A stretch of DNA of 64,000 bases from an uncultured Alphaproteobacteria bacterium (GCA_902614085.1 CACMJS010000001.1:299127-363126), one strand, 5' to 3'; shown: positions 19,523 through 29,683, numbered from the stretch's first letter. Notes: generated by a model from the sequence alone, not told the origin. Program-made: numbers and translations.

Positions 19523-20761
19523 ATGTTTTATGATGTAGATACAAAAAAAATTGATAAACTTGCACATCTATCTATTAAAAGAGGAGTTGCACTTCAAAAA
19601 GGTCAAAACCTTTTAATAACAGCACCCTTAGAATCTTTACCCTTAGTGAGAAAAATAGCTGAATATGCTTACAAAGAAGGAGCTGGACTTGTTACCCCAC
19701 TTTTCAATGATTCTGATATTACATTATCTCGATTTAAGTTTGGCAATGATGAATCTTTCAATGTTGCAGCAAATTGGCTTTATAATGGGATGGGCGAAGC
19801 TTTTGATAATAATACGGCTAGAATGGCTATTGCTGGTGATGACCCAATGCTATTATCTGAAATTGATCCTGATAAAGTTTCGCGCGCAAATAAAGCTAAT
19901 GCTGTTGCATACAAACCAGCTAGAGAAAGAATTACTGAATTTAAGATTAACTGGAATATAATTTCCTGGCCAGGGAAAGCATGGGCAAAAAGAGTCTTCC
20001 CAGATCTTGATGATAGTGAAGCAATTAAAAAATTAGGAGATGCAATATTTCATGCATCAAGAGTTAGTAATGATGATCCTGTAAGTGAATGGGACCAACA
20101 TAATAAAAATTTAAGAGATAAAACAGATTGGTTAAATGCTAAAAATTTTCATTCGTTAAAATACTCTGGCCCTGGAACATCTTTAACCGTAGGTCTTGCT
20201 GATGACCATGAGTGGATGGGAGGCGCATCAGAGGCACAGAATGGTATTGTTTGTAATCCAAATATCCCATCTGAAGAAGTGTTCACAACTCCTCATGCTG
20301 CTCGTGTAAGTGGTGAAGTCTGTTCAACCAAACCTCTATCTTATCAAGGAACCCTAATTGAAGATATTAATGTTCGCTTTGAAGATGGTAAAATTGTTGA
20401 TGCAAAATCCTCTAAAGGACAAGATGTTTTATTAAAAGTTCTTGATTCAGATGAAGGCTCAAGAAGACTTGGTGAAGTAGCCTTAGTCCCGAATAGCTCA
20501 CCTATTTCGCAATTAGGAATAACTTTTTATAACACTCTTTTTGATGAAAATGCTGCCTCTCATATTGCTTTAGGACAGTGTTACTCAAAATGTTTCAAAT
20601 CCAAAAAAGACTTATCAAAAGAAGAGATTACTCAAAGAGGTGGTAATTCAAGCATGATACATATTGATTGGATGATTGGTTCAGGTGAAATTGATGTAGA
20701 GGGTGTTCATAAGGATGGAACTGCTACGCCAATATTTAAACAAGGAGAATGGTGTAACTAG
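19523..20761 (+). CDS. Aminopeptidase, M29 (AmpS/PepS) family
   Basis: NIPSEEVFTTP, RRLGEVALV, LFDENAASHIALG, SMIHIDWMIG. Confidence 0.93.
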   Translation: MFYDVDTKKIDKLAHLSIKRGVALQKGQNLLITAPLESLPLVRKIAEYAYKEGAGLVTPLFNDSDITLSRFKFGNDESFNVAANWLYNGMGEAFDNNTARMAIAGDDPMLLSEIDPDKVSRANKANAVAYKPARERITEFKINWNIISWPGKAWAKRVFPDLDDSEAIKKLGDAIFHASRVSNDDPVSEWDQHNKNLRDKTDWLNAKNFHSLKYSGPGTSLTVGLADDHEWMGGASEAQNGIVCNPNIPSEEVFTTPHAARVSGEVCSTKPLSYQGTLIEDINVRFEDGKIVDAKSSKGQDVLLKVLDSDEGSRRLGEVALVPNSSPISQLGITFYNTLFDENAASHIALGQCYSKCFKSKKDLSKEEITQRGGNSSMIHIDWMIGSGEIDVEGVHKDGTATPIFKQGEWCN

Positions 20762-20766
20762 TTTTT

Positions 20767-20889
20767 CTATTTTTTTAAATAAGGTCCAAAGCTAAGATCT
20801 AACCCAACACCAACTCTAGCTAATGAATAAATAATAACTAAGAAAAAAATTACTATAACTAAGTTTCGTATAATCTTTTTTTCATCCAT
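20767..20889 (-). CDS. Putative 40-aa single-TM small protein (not in ORF track)
   Basis: MDEKKIIRNLVIVIFFLVIIYSLARVGVGLDLSFGPYLKK; ATG 4 nt after the MFS stop; fills the whole gap. Confidence 0.55.
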   Translation of the reverse strand: MDEKKIIRNLVIVIFFLVIIYSLARVGVGLDLSFGPYLKK

Positions 20890-20893
20890 AAAA

Positions 20894-22147
20894 TTACGCT
20901 GTTTGTATATTTGTATTAGATAATGGTTTTTCTCTAATTGGTAAATGGATTATTGCAGAAAAGGCACCTACTCCTATGCCAACCCACCATACAATATCAT
21001 AACTTCCATAGATATCATAAAATAGACCGCCTAACCAAACACCTACAAAAGATCCTAGCTGATGAGAAAAAAATACAATCCCATATAATGTACCCATAAA
21101 TTTTAATCCATAAATATGGCCTATAATTCCAGAAGTTAAAGGAACTGTTGCTAACCATAAAGCACCCATAACTATTGAAAATATTGCAATAGATGTTGGT
21201 GTAATAGGTAATAAGATAAATAAAATTGCCGCAATAGTCCTTCCAGTATAAATTAAAGATAAAAGATATTTCTTATAATGCCCCTTTCCTAAGGCTCCAG
21301 CAATCAAACAACCAATTATATTAAACAATCCTATAAGAGCCATAGATAATGCTCCTAAACCTTCTACAGAACTACAAACCAAACTTATTAAACTTCCTTC
21401 TATAATTGGACTACTAGATTCAACAATAAATGCTGGAAAATGTGCAGTAATAAATGCTAACTGAAAACCGCAAGAAAAAAAACCAAAGAACAACATTGAG
21501 TATGTTGGATCTTTTAATGCAACAAATACTGCATCAGTAATTTTTTCATTTTCATTATTAATATTTGTATTTGATAATTCTGTTTTTAAAATTGGAACAA
21601 GTATCAGTGTTATTAATAATATAATTGAAAAGATTTCAAACACTGAAGACCAAGGCAAAAATGATAATAGAATAGAAGCAAGTGGTGGACCAACCACTTG
21701 TCCAGCTGATCCTGCAGCAGTTGTAATACCTAGTGCTAAAGATCTTTTTTCTGGAGATGTAGCTCTTCCTACTACTGCTAAAATTGGACCAAAACCACTA
21801 CCAGCTATACCAAAACCAATTAATAGGTTTAAAGTTTGATGCGCCTCTGGAGTCGTAGCAGTACTACTTATAAAAATTCCAATTGCATAAAGAATTAAGC
21901 CTAGCGCTATTGCTTTTCTATCACCATATTTTTCGGCAAAAGCACTAAATAGTGGAGTGCCTACCCCCCAAGCTAAATTTTGAATAGCGATGGCAAGAGA
22001 AAATTCTGAACGGTTCCATAAAAAATCAGACGCAATAGGAATTTGAAATAGGCCAAATGTTGAACGAATTGCAAAACTTATTAAAAGAATTAAACTTCCT
22101 CCAATTAGAATAGGAGTAAATACAGAATTAATTCTCTCATCTTTCAT
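20894..22147 (-). CDS. MFS transporter
   Basis: ~12 hydrophobic segments, motif-A-like FAEKYGDRK, SHQLGSFVG. Confidence 0.9.
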   Translation of the reverse strand: MKDERINSVFTPILIGGSLILLISFAIRSTFGLFQIPIASDFLWNRSEFSLAIAIQNLAWGVGTPLFSAFAEKYGDRKAIALGLILYAIGIFISSTATTPEAHQTLNLLIGFGIAGSGFGPILAVVGRATSPEKRSLALGITTAAGSAGQVVGPPLASILLSFLPWSSVFEIFSIILLITLILVPILKTELSNTNINNENEKITDAVFVALKDPTYSMLFFGFFSCGFQLAFITAHFPAFIVESSSPIIEGSLISLVCSSVEGLGALSMALIGLFNIIGCLIAGALGKGHYKKYLLSLIYTGRTIAAILFILLPITPTSIAIFSIVMGALWLATVPLTSGIIGHIYGLKFMGTLYGIVFFSHQLGSFVGVWLGGLFYDIYGSYDIVWWVGIGVGAFSAIIHLPIREKPLSNTNIQTA

Positions 22148-22197
22148 ATTTAATTAGATAACAGGAAGAATTTTTATTTCTAGAATTTTTATTATTA

Positions 22198-22668
22198 TTA
22201 AATCGTACTATTTAATTCTGTCTTTTCGTTTTCTTCTTTTTCAGGAACAACATATGCAACAGCACAATGATCTAAACAATAAGGCTTATCTTCAAACCTA
22301 TCTTTGCCACAAAAACGAAAGTCTGCTTCATCAGGATGACCTTCAGGCCATTCACAACCTCTCTTTGGAGCTGCAGTGAATATATTTTTAACAACCGGTT
22401 GGAATACAGCAGGCTCTTTAGAGATAATCTCTGGTTCTTTGGTACTTTCAAAATTTAATTTTGGCATTACTGGAGATCTAGCTTTTTTTCGATCAGGCTT
22501 AACAGCTGTTCTTCTTATAGGTGATGGTCTTCTTTCGAGTCCAATTCTATGAGCTTTTCCAACCACTGCGTTTTTGGTGAAACCTAATAATTTTCCAATT
22601 TGAGCTGTAGGTAGACCTTGGTCCCATAAATCTCTAAGTTTTGCTACATTATTATCATCCCAAGGCAT
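22198..22668 (-). CDS. gcrA: GcrA cell-cycle regulator
   Basis: WDDNNVAKLRDLW...TKNAVVGKAHRIGL N-domain and CEWPEGHP...FCG...YCLDH C-domain; ATG 22668 with GGAG RBS. Confidence 0.92.
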   Translation of the reverse strand: MPWDDNNVAKLRDLWDQGLPTAQIGKLLGFTKNAVVGKAHRIGLERRPSPIRRTAVKPDRKKARSPVMPKLNFESTKEPEIISKEPAVFQPVVKNIFTAAPKRGCEWPEGHPDEADFRFCGKDRFEDKPYCLDHCAVAYVVPEKEENEKTELNSTI

Positions 22669-22697
22669 AATCAAACTCCATTACTACATTTAGTAGC

Positions 22698-22712
22698 TTA
22701 AAAAAGGTTTAA
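22698..22712. promoter_or_regulatory. Possible CtrA box (TTAA-N7-TTAA) upstream of gcrA
   Basis: TTAA-aaaaggt-TTAA, 30 nt upstream of the gcrA start; motif is common by chance at this AT content. Confidence 0.3.
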
Positions 22713-22806
22713 TATACTAAATATATGTATTAAAAAAGATAAAACTGCAAATTTTTAAAAAAAATCAATGATTTCCAGCATTTTTTTTATATACATGTGA
22801 ATAGAA

Positions 22807-24003
22807 ATGAAAGAATTAAGAGATCTAGACTGTAAAAATAAAAAAATAATTGTTCGAGTTGATTTAAACGTACCAGTTTTGGAAGGGACAATTACAGATC
22901 ATTCAAGAATTCATGCTATTTTACCAACACTAGAAAAACTAATTAAAAATAAAAATAAGATATTCTTAATTGCTCATTTTGGCCGACCTAAAGGTCAAGT
23001 TAATAAAACATATTCCATTGAGTTTTTATGTTCAGAATTAAAAAAATTTTTAAATTTAAACACAATTCATTTTTTAGCTAACTGTGAAAAAAAAATAATT
23101 GAGACAAAAATTGCTGAAATGGACATGGGTGAAATTTGTCTATTAGAAAATATTCGTTTTAATGCTGAAGAAGAAAAAAATGATCTTAATTTTTCAAAAG
23201 TATTAGCTTCTAGTTTTGACATATATATTAATGACGCGTTCTCTGCATCTCATCGTAATCATGCATCTATAGTAGGTATTACTAAATACTTACCTTCATA
23301 CGCTGGATTAAGTTTCTCAAAAGAAATTGAAAATTTAGATAAATTTTTAGAAAATTCAAATAAACCAAATTTAGCAATTATAGGTGGCTCAAAGGTTTCA
23401 ACAAAAATAAAAGTTTTAGAAAATATAGTTGAAATTTTTGACTCTTTAGTGATTGGTGGTGCAATGGCTAATACCTTTTTACTAACAAATAACTATAACG
23501 TTGGTTCTTCTCTAGTAGAAAAAGATTTTATTGAACTATCAAAAAAGATACAAAAAAAAGCAGAATCAAAAAATTGCAAAATACTTTTACCAATTGATGC
23601 TGTTTGCTCAAAAACAATAGAAGATAGAGTAAATGTTAAGACTTATTCAATCAATAATATTCCAAATGACCAAATGATACTAGATGTTGGTGAGCAAACA
23701 ACAAAACTAATTTCAGATGAAATATTAAAATCTAAATCAATTTTATGGAATGGGCCTTTAGGAGCATTTGAATATAGTCCATTTGATAAAAGTACAATTT
23801 CAGTTGCAAATATTATACAAAATTATTCAATTAAATCTCAATTAGATGCTCTAGCAGGAGGAGGAGATACACTTGCAGCAATAAAAAAAGCTAAAGCCAA
23901 TGATGCATTTAAATATTTATCTACAGCTGGGGGTGCATTTTTAGAGTGGCTTGAGGGAAATAAATCACCAGGATTTATAGCATTAAGAGAAAACAATTTT
24001 TAA
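22807..24003 (+). CDS. pgk: Phosphoglycerate kinase
   Basis: RVDLNVP, AHFGRP, LLENIRF, NDAFSASHR, WNGPLGAFE, AGGGDT, STAGGA. Confidence 0.98.
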   Translation: MKELRDLDCKNKKIIVRVDLNVPVLEGTITDHSRIHAILPTLEKLIKNKNKIFLIAHFGRPKGQVNKTYSIEFLCSELKKFLNLNTIHFLANCEKKIIETKIAEMDMGEICLLENIRFNAEEEKNDLNFSKVLASSFDIYINDAFSASHRNHASIVGITKYLPSYAGLSFSKEIENLDKFLENSNKPNLAIIGGSKVSTKIKVLENIVEIFDSLVIGGAMANTFLLTNNYNVGSSLVEKDFIELSKKIQKKAESKNCKILLPIDAVCSKTIEDRVNVKTYSINNIPNDQMILDVGEQTTKLISDEILKSKSILWNGPLGAFEYSPFDKSTISVANIIQNYSIKSQLDALAGGGDTLAAIKKAKANDAFKYLSTAGGAFLEWLEGNKSPGFIALRENNF

Positions 24004-24004
24004 C

Positions 24005-24544
24005 TTAATCTTCAATTTGATATTTTTTAATTAAAGGGAATTGTGTCATCGTAAAAATAAATGTAATTGGCAAGATACCAAAAACTTTAAAATTTACCCA
24101 AACATCAGTACTTTGTGTTCTCCAAACAATTTCATTTAAAACAGCAAGTGCAACAAAAAAAGCAATCCACCTTTGAGTTAATATTCTCCATCCATCTTCT
24201 TCTAGCTTCAGTGCAGCACCTAAAAGATACTTTAAAAGAGGTTTTTTAACGATCACTCCTCCATATAAAATTAATGCGAAGACCATATTTATTATTGTTG
24301 GTTTCATTTTAATAAAAATTTCATTGTCAAAATAAATTGTTAGACCTCCAAATATTAATACTATCGCAGCCCCAAGAGTTGGCATAATTGGTATTTTTTT
24401 CTCAAGTATATATGAAATGATTACTGAAATTACAGTTGCAATCATAAGAGGAAGTATTGCTTCTTGAAGACCGCTTCTTGTATAAAAAATAAAGAATACT
24501 GCAAGCGGTCCTATATCAATTAATAATTTATAAACTGACTTCAT
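24005..24544 (-). CDS. yciB: Inner-membrane septation protein YciB/IspZ
   Basis: LIDIGPL, FIKMKPTI, WVNFKVFG. Confidence 0.93.
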   Translation of the reverse strand: MKSVYKLLIDIGPLAVFFIFYTRSGLQEAILPLMIATVISVIISYILEKKIPIMPTLGAAIVLIFGGLTIYFDNEIFIKMKPTIINMVFALILYGGVIVKKPLLKYLLGAALKLEEDGWRILTQRWIAFFVALAVLNEIVWRTQSTDVWVNFKVFGILPITFIFTMTQFPLIKKYQIED

Positions 24545-25461
24545 TTTTGTTCTTCTAGATTTAAAATAGACCTAGCAAAGTTTTGAGAATTAAAGGTTAC
24601 AAGGTCCTCAATACTTTCTCCAAGACCAACATAACTTATAGGGATTTCAAATTTATTTGCAATTGAAATTAACGCTCCGCCTTTTGCTGTTCCATCCAAT
24701 TTAGTTATTATAAGACTTGATACATTAAGTTCGTTTCCAAAGACTTCCACTTGCTTAATCATGTTCGAACCATTTGTTCCATCTAAAACTAACACAGTTT
24801 CAATATTAAAAGAGGAATTAACTTTTGAGATAACATTCTTCAATTTAATTAGCTGATTAATGAGGTTAGTATTATTTGATAATCTTCCAGCAGTATCTAT
24901 AAGTAAAAAATCATAATTTTCTTTTCCGAATTCTTCAGTTGCTTGATACGCTACGCTTGCTGGATCTTGATTACTTTTTCCAGCGATAAAACCATTATTA
25001 TTTTTTTTCGCCCAATTTTCCAACTGCTCAACAGCTGCTGCCCTAAATGTATCACAAGCCGCAATCAGAATTTTTTTATTTGATAAAATCTTATTTGCAA
25101 TTTTACCAATAGTGGTTGTCTTTCCACTTCCATTTACTCCAACAAATATTAATATTTTTTTTTCATCATTTTTTTCATTTATCAGAACATGTTCTCTTGG
25201 AAGTAATATACTTTCTATATTTTGAGCTAAGATTTCTAATACATTTTTTATTCCATCATCATTTGAAATTCTTATTTTTTTTATAGAATCTATTAGCTGA
25301 TTTACAACATCCAAACTTATATCAGATGAAATAAGAACATTTTCTAATTCTTCTAAAGTTAAATCGTCTATTTTTTTGTTTTTTAAAATCTCTAAAATAT
25401 TAAAAGAAAGTTTATTTGAAGTTTTACTTAACTTATCTTTAAATATTGAGAACAAACTCAT
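24541..25461 (-). CDS. ftsY: SRP receptor FtsY
   Basis: GVNGSGKTTT, DTFRAAA, DTAGR, TKLDGTAKGG. Confidence 0.97.
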   Translation of the reverse strand: MSLFSIFKDKLSKTSNKLSFNILEILKNKKIDDLTLEELENVLISSDISLDVVNQLIDSIKKIRISNDDGIKNVLEILAQNIESILLPREHVLINEKNDEKKILIFVGVNGSGKTTTIGKIANKILSNKKILIAACDTFRAAAVEQLENWAKKNNNGFIAGKSNQDPASVAYQATEEFGKENYDFLLIDTAGRLSNNTNLINQLIKLKNVISKVNSSFNIETVLVLDGTNGSNMIKQVEVFGNELNVSSLIITKLDGTAKGGALISIANKFEIPISYVGLGESIEDLVTFNSQNFARSILNLEEQK

Positions 25462-26717
25462 GCTATTCTTGCTAATAACGTATCATTTTCTACACCTGTG
25501 TATATGCAGGAAATTATATTCCCCTCTTTAAACTCTTCTTCAAGTTTTACTTTTAAAAAATGCTGATCTTTTCCAAGTGAAAAATTTTCTTTTCTACTTT
25601 CAATTAAAATTTGTTCCTTCTTTCCAATATTTTTTTTTAAATGTTGTTTTAATTTTTCCATACCTCTTTCTCTAAGTCTTTTTGCTCTATCTTTGATAAT
25701 ATTTTTTTGAACTTGAGGCATTCTAGATGCAGGAGTGTTTTCTCTTGGTGAATATGGAAAAATATGAAGATGAGTTAAATTACACTCATCAACTAGCTTA
25801 ATTGAATCTTGAAACATTGTTTCTGTCTCCGTTGGAAAACCGGCAATTATATCAGCACCAAATGTTGCATCTTTCCTTATGGATAAAACTTTTTTACAAA
25901 AATTAATTGCCATTTCCCTTGAATGTCTTCTTTTCATTCTTTTTAAAATTAAATTGTTTCCAGCTTGCAAACTTATATGAAAATGAGGCATCAATCTTTC
26001 GTCCTTTAAAACATCCCAAAAATCTTCGTCTATTTCAGCGCAGTCAATTGAAGACAAACGCAGCTGTCTTAATTCAGGTACTAATTTTAGAATTCTTTTA
26101 ATTAAATTAGAAAAAGTAGGTTTTGCTGGAAGATCTTTTCCATAATCAGTTATATCTACTCCGGTTAAGACTACTTCATTATATCCATTGCTAACAATTT
26201 TTTTTATTTTATTTACTATCTCTCCAGCAGGTACACTTCTATTATTGCCCCTGCCAAATGGAATAATACAAAAAGTACAGCGATGGTTACAACCTTGTTG
26301 TATTTCAATATAAGCTCTCGATTTTCCTTCAAATTTTTCAATTGAATTAGGTATTGTTTTACTTTCTTCTAATATATTTCCTACTTTAAGATTTTTAGAC
26401 TGATCGATATTTTTCCATGTTAAAGTTTCTAATTTTTCTGTGTTCCCAATTACTGAGTCTACTTCTTTTAAATCTTTATATTTTAATGGATTGATTTGAG
26501 CCGCACATCCTGTAACTACTATTTTATTATTAGGAAAATTTTTTTTTGCTTTTCTAATTTCATAAGAAACTTTTTTCTCAGCTTCTTCAGTTACAGCACA
26601 TGAGTTTATGACTGTAACATTATTTAAATTATTTGTTTTAAGATGGTTTTTAATAATTTCACCTTCATAAATATTCAATCTACAACCTAGATTGACTACG
26701 TAGTTTTTATTTTTCAT
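25458..26717 (-). CDS. mtaB: tRNA t6A37 methylthiotransferase MtaB
   Basis: GCRLN, NSCAVT, CNHRCTFC radical-SAM motif; between dapF and ftsY. Confidence 0.93.
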   Translation of the reverse strand: MKNKNYVVNLGCRLNIYEGEIIKNHLKTNNLNNVTVINSCAVTEEAEKKVSYEIRKAKKNFPNNKIVVTGCAAQINPLKYKDLKEVDSVIGNTEKLETLTWKNIDQSKNLKVGNILEESKTIPNSIEKFEGKSRAYIEIQQGCNHRCTFCIIPFGRGNNRSVPAGEIVNKIKKIVSNGYNEVVLTGVDITDYGKDLPAKPTFSNLIKRILKLVPELRQLRLSSIDCAEIDEDFWDVLKDERLMPHFHISLQAGNNLILKRMKRRHSREMAINFCKKVLSIRKDATFGADIIAGFPTETETMFQDSIKLVDECNLTHLHIFPYSPRENTPASRMPQVQKNIIKDRAKRLRERGMEKLKQHLKKNIGKKEQILIESRKENFSLGKDQHFLKVKLEEEFKEGNIISCIYTGVENDTLLARIA

Positions 26718-26720
26718 AAA

Positions 26721-27539
26721 TTATATTTCTAAACTACCCCGATAACTTATTTCAGCAGGTCCTATCATAATAGATTCATTATTAATTATATTTATATGAA
26801 GTGAACCTTTTTCAAGTTTCACTTCAGCGTTATTTTCAGTCAATCCTTTTTTCCATGCCGCATATACAGCCGCACAGGCACCACTACCACAAGCTAAAGT
26901 GATTCCAACTCCACGTTCCCAAACTCTCATTTCAATTAAATTTGAATTAATAACTTCAACTATTTCAACATTTGTTTTTTTTGGAAAGAGCTCATGATTT
27001 TCTATTGTAGGACCTATACTTTCAAGATCTGTATCTTTGATCGATTTTCCAAAAAAAACTACATGTGGATTACCCACATTAACAGCAACTCCATTACTAT
27101 ATCCATCAATTGAAATTGGTACATTCATTGTATCGACTTCTTTACTTAAAGGAATTTTATCCCAAGTATTTTTTATTGAACCCATGTTGACACTTATATT
27201 GTTATCTATTTTTTTTGATTCTAATATGCCTGCATCAGATTGAATTTTTAAAATTTCTTTATTTGAATCTTCATCAAATAGTATTTTTGCCACGCAGCGT
27301 GTTCCATTACCACAAGCTTCGGCTCTATCACCACCAGGATTAAAAATTTCAATTTTAGCATCAGCAATTTGATTACTTGTATTATTAATTGTGATTAATT
27401 GATCACACCCTGCCCCAGTTCTTCTGTCACTGAGTCTTTTAATAATATCTTCAGTAATTGTGATATTGTTAGACCTTTTATCTATGATAACAAAATCATT
27501 CCCAAGTCCATGCATCTTTATAAAGTCTACTTTTTGCAT
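26721..27539 (-). CDS. dapF: Diaminopimelate epimerase
   Basis: KMHGLGNDF, ACGNGTRC, GNPH, ERGVGITLACGSGACA. Confidence 0.97.
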   Translation of the reverse strand: MQKVDFIKMHGLGNDFVIIDKRSNNITITEDIIKRLSDRRTGAGCDQLITINNTSNQIADAKIEIFNPGGDRAEACGNGTRCVAKILFDEDSNKEILKIQSDAGILESKKIDNNISVNMGSIKNTWDKIPLSKEVDTMNVPISIDGYSNGVAVNVGNPHVVFFGKSIKDTDLESIGPTIENHELFPKKTNVEIVEVINSNLIEMRVWERGVGITLACGSGACAAVYAAWKKGLTENNAEVKLEKGSLHINIINNESIMIGPAEISYRGSLEI

Positions 27540-27680
27540 ATTTGTTTTATAACCTAATTTATCGATAAATCTCAGTAAATATGGGAAATTTAAGAATACT
27601 TGACTTTCAATTATTCAGCTAATACAGGGTCAACAACAAATCCTATATTTGTAAACGAATTGAGCTTGTTACAATTGTGA

Positions 27681-27732
27681 TAGGTACTCTAGCCCACGAG
27701 TTTCGTGCCCTGGAGTTAAAAGGCTATTGGAG
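27681..27732 (+). promoter_or_regulatory. ffh leader RNA motif (structured 5' UTR)
   Basis: ACTCTAG/CTGGAGT stem enclosing CACG/CGTG, plus TAGCC/GGCTA alternative pairing beside the GGAG RBS; an ffh leader motif is known in Alphaproteobacteria. Confidence 0.65.
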
Positions 27733-27736
27733 ATTT

Positions 27737-29101
27737 ATGTTTGATACACTGAACACAAAATTTGAAAAAATTGTTCAAAGTATTCGGGGTAAGGCTGTTA
27801 TATCAGAAACAGATCTTGAAGTTACATTACGTGAAATTAGAATTGCTCTGTTAGAGGCAGACGTTTCATTAGTTGTAGTAAAAGAATTTATAAATTCCAT
27901 AAAGTCAAACATTTTAGGAAAAGAAATTCTCAAATCTGTTAAGCCAGATCAAATGATCATAAAGCTTGTGCAAGATGAGCTTGTAAAAATTCTTGGATCA
28001 GAAAATAAATCTCTTAATTTATCTTCGTCTCAATTAACTAAAATATTGTTTTGTGGATTACAGGGATCTGGGAAAACAACATCAATTGCCAAACTTTCGT
28101 ATTTGTTAAAGAAGTCTTCAAAGAAAAAAATTTTACTAGCATCAGCAGACATTTATCGACCAGCAGCGCAAGAACAATTAAAAGTATTAGCTGAAGAAAC
28201 TGGCTCAGATTTCTTTAATCACAATCTATCATCAGCCAGTAAGATTGTTGATGATTCCATAGACTATGCTCAAAAAAATTTATTTGATATTCTTATTTTA
28301 GATACTGCTGGACGACAAGTTGTAGATAAAAAGTTAATGAGTGAATTAATAGAAATTGAAAATAAGTTTAAACCTGACGAAACATTATTAGTAGCAGATG
28401 CTCTAACTGGACAAGATGCTGCAAATGTAGCTAAAAGTTTTAGTGATGCAATAAATATTACTGGATCAATTTTAACTCGAATAGATGGTGATAGCAGAGG
28501 TGGTGCAGCACTATCAATTAAATCGATAACAAACTCTCCTATAAAATTTATAGGACTAGGTGAAAAAGTAGAAAATTTTGAATCTTTCCATCCTGAAAGA
28601 ATTGCACAAAGAATTTTAGGTATGGGAGATATTGTATCTCTCGTCGAAAAGGCTGCTGAAAATATTGATAAAGAAGAAATGGAAGATATGGCAAAAAAGA
28701 TCGCTAAAGGAAAATTTGATCTTGAAGATTTTGCCAATCAATTAAAGCAAATGGGTAAAATGGGTGGAGTCTCCGGTTTACTTTCTATGATGCCAGGTGT
28801 TTCAAAGGCACAGAAGTTAATGGCAGAAAATAAAATTTCTAATTCAATGATTGACAAACAAATAGCTATAATCAGTTCAATGACAAAAAAAGAAAGGGCT
28901 GATCCAGATATTATAAAAGCTTCACGTAAAATTAGAATTTCAAAAGGATCTGGAACAAAAGTTCAAGACGTTAACAGGTTATTAAAACAGTTTCTCCAAT
29001 CACAAAAAATGATGAAGAGAATGAAATCAATGGGCAAAGGAGGAATTCCCAGTGATTTAATGCAAAAATTACAAGGAAATCTTCCTCCAAACATAAATTA
29101 G
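27737..29101 (+). CDS. ffh: Signal recognition particle protein Ffh
   Basis: GLQGSGKTT, DTAGR, TRIDGDSRGGAALS, M-domain. True start is ATG 27737 (MFDTL) with GGAG RBS, not 27677. Confidence 0.97.
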   Translation: MFDTLNTKFEKIVQSIRGKAVISETDLEVTLREIRIALLEADVSLVVVKEFINSIKSNILGKEILKSVKPDQMIIKLVQDELVKILGSENKSLNLSSSQLTKILFCGLQGSGKTTSIAKLSYLLKKSSKKKILLASADIYRPAAQEQLKVLAEETGSDFFNHNLSSASKIVDDSIDYAQKNLFDILILDTAGRQVVDKKLMSELIEIENKFKPDETLLVADALTGQDAANVAKSFSDAINITGSILTRIDGDSRGGAALSIKSITNSPIKFIGLGEKVENFESFHPERIAQRILGMGDIVSLVEKAAENIDKEEMEDMAKKIAKGKFDLEDFANQLKQMGKMGGVSGLLSMMPGVSKAQKLMAENKISNSMIDKQIAIISSMTKKERADPDIIKASRKIRISKGSGTKVQDVNRLLKQFLQSQKMMKRMKSMGKGGIPSDLMQKLQGNLPPNIN

Positions 29102-29113
29102 AAAGGAAATAAA

Positions 29114-29683
29114 ATGCCAGTAAGAATAAGATTATCAAGAGGTGGTGCAAAGAAAAGACCATTTTATAGAATAGTAGTTGCTGATTCTAGAAGAGCTAGA
29201 GATGGAAAATTTATAGATCAAATCGGAACTTATAACCCAATGCTTCCAAAGGATAGCGCTGATAGAGTTAAAATGGATTTAGATAAAGCTAAGGAATGGA
29301 TTGCAAAAGGAGCAAAACCATCAGATAGAATTTCTATTTTTCTTAGCAATCTTGGTGTGATGGAAAAACCAGTTATTACTGAAAAAACAAAAAAACATTT
29401 ACCTAAGAAAAAAGCACAGGAACGTTTGGCTGCTGCTAAAGAAAAAGAAGAAGCTGCGAAAGCTGCAGCAGAAGAACCAAAAGCAGAAGAAGCAGAAGCT
29501 AAGCCAGCTGAAGATGCACAACCTGCAGAAGAACCAAAAGCAGAAGAAGCAGAAGCTAAGCCAGCTGAAGATGCACAACCTGCTGAAGAACCAAAAGCAG
29601 AAGAAGCAGAAGCTAAGCCAGCTGAAGATGCACAACCTGCTGAAGAACCAAAAGCAGAAGAAGCAGAAGCTAAAAAAGAATAA
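29114..29683 (+). CDS. rpsP: 30S ribosomal protein S16 with long acidic C-terminal repeat tail
   Basis: [27 protein letters not shown]. Confidence 0.97.
   Translation: MPVRIRLSRGGAKKRPFYRIVVADSRRARDGKFIDQIGTYNPMLPKDSADRVKMDLDKAKEWIAKGAKPSDRISIFLSNLGVMEKPVITEKTKKHLPKKKAQERLAAAKEKEEAAKAAAEEPKAEEAEAKPAEDAQPAEEPKAEEAEAKPAEDAQPAEEPKAEEAEAKPAEDAQPAEEPKAEEAEAKKE
29468..29673 (+). repeat. 57-nt tandem repeat, ~3.6 near-identical copies, encoding [19 protein letters not shown]
   Basis: Period-57 repeat visible directly in the rpsP 3' end. Confidence 0.95.

Noticed and set aside
19523-20761. Aminopeptidase looked GC-shifted, suggesting horizontal transfer
   Set aside because: By eye similar to highly expressed core genes such as atpA/atpD; no mobility signature
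27677-27736. 20-aa N-terminal extension of Ffh in the track
   Set aside because: Overlaps the leader RNA structure; conserved MFDTL start with RBS at 27737
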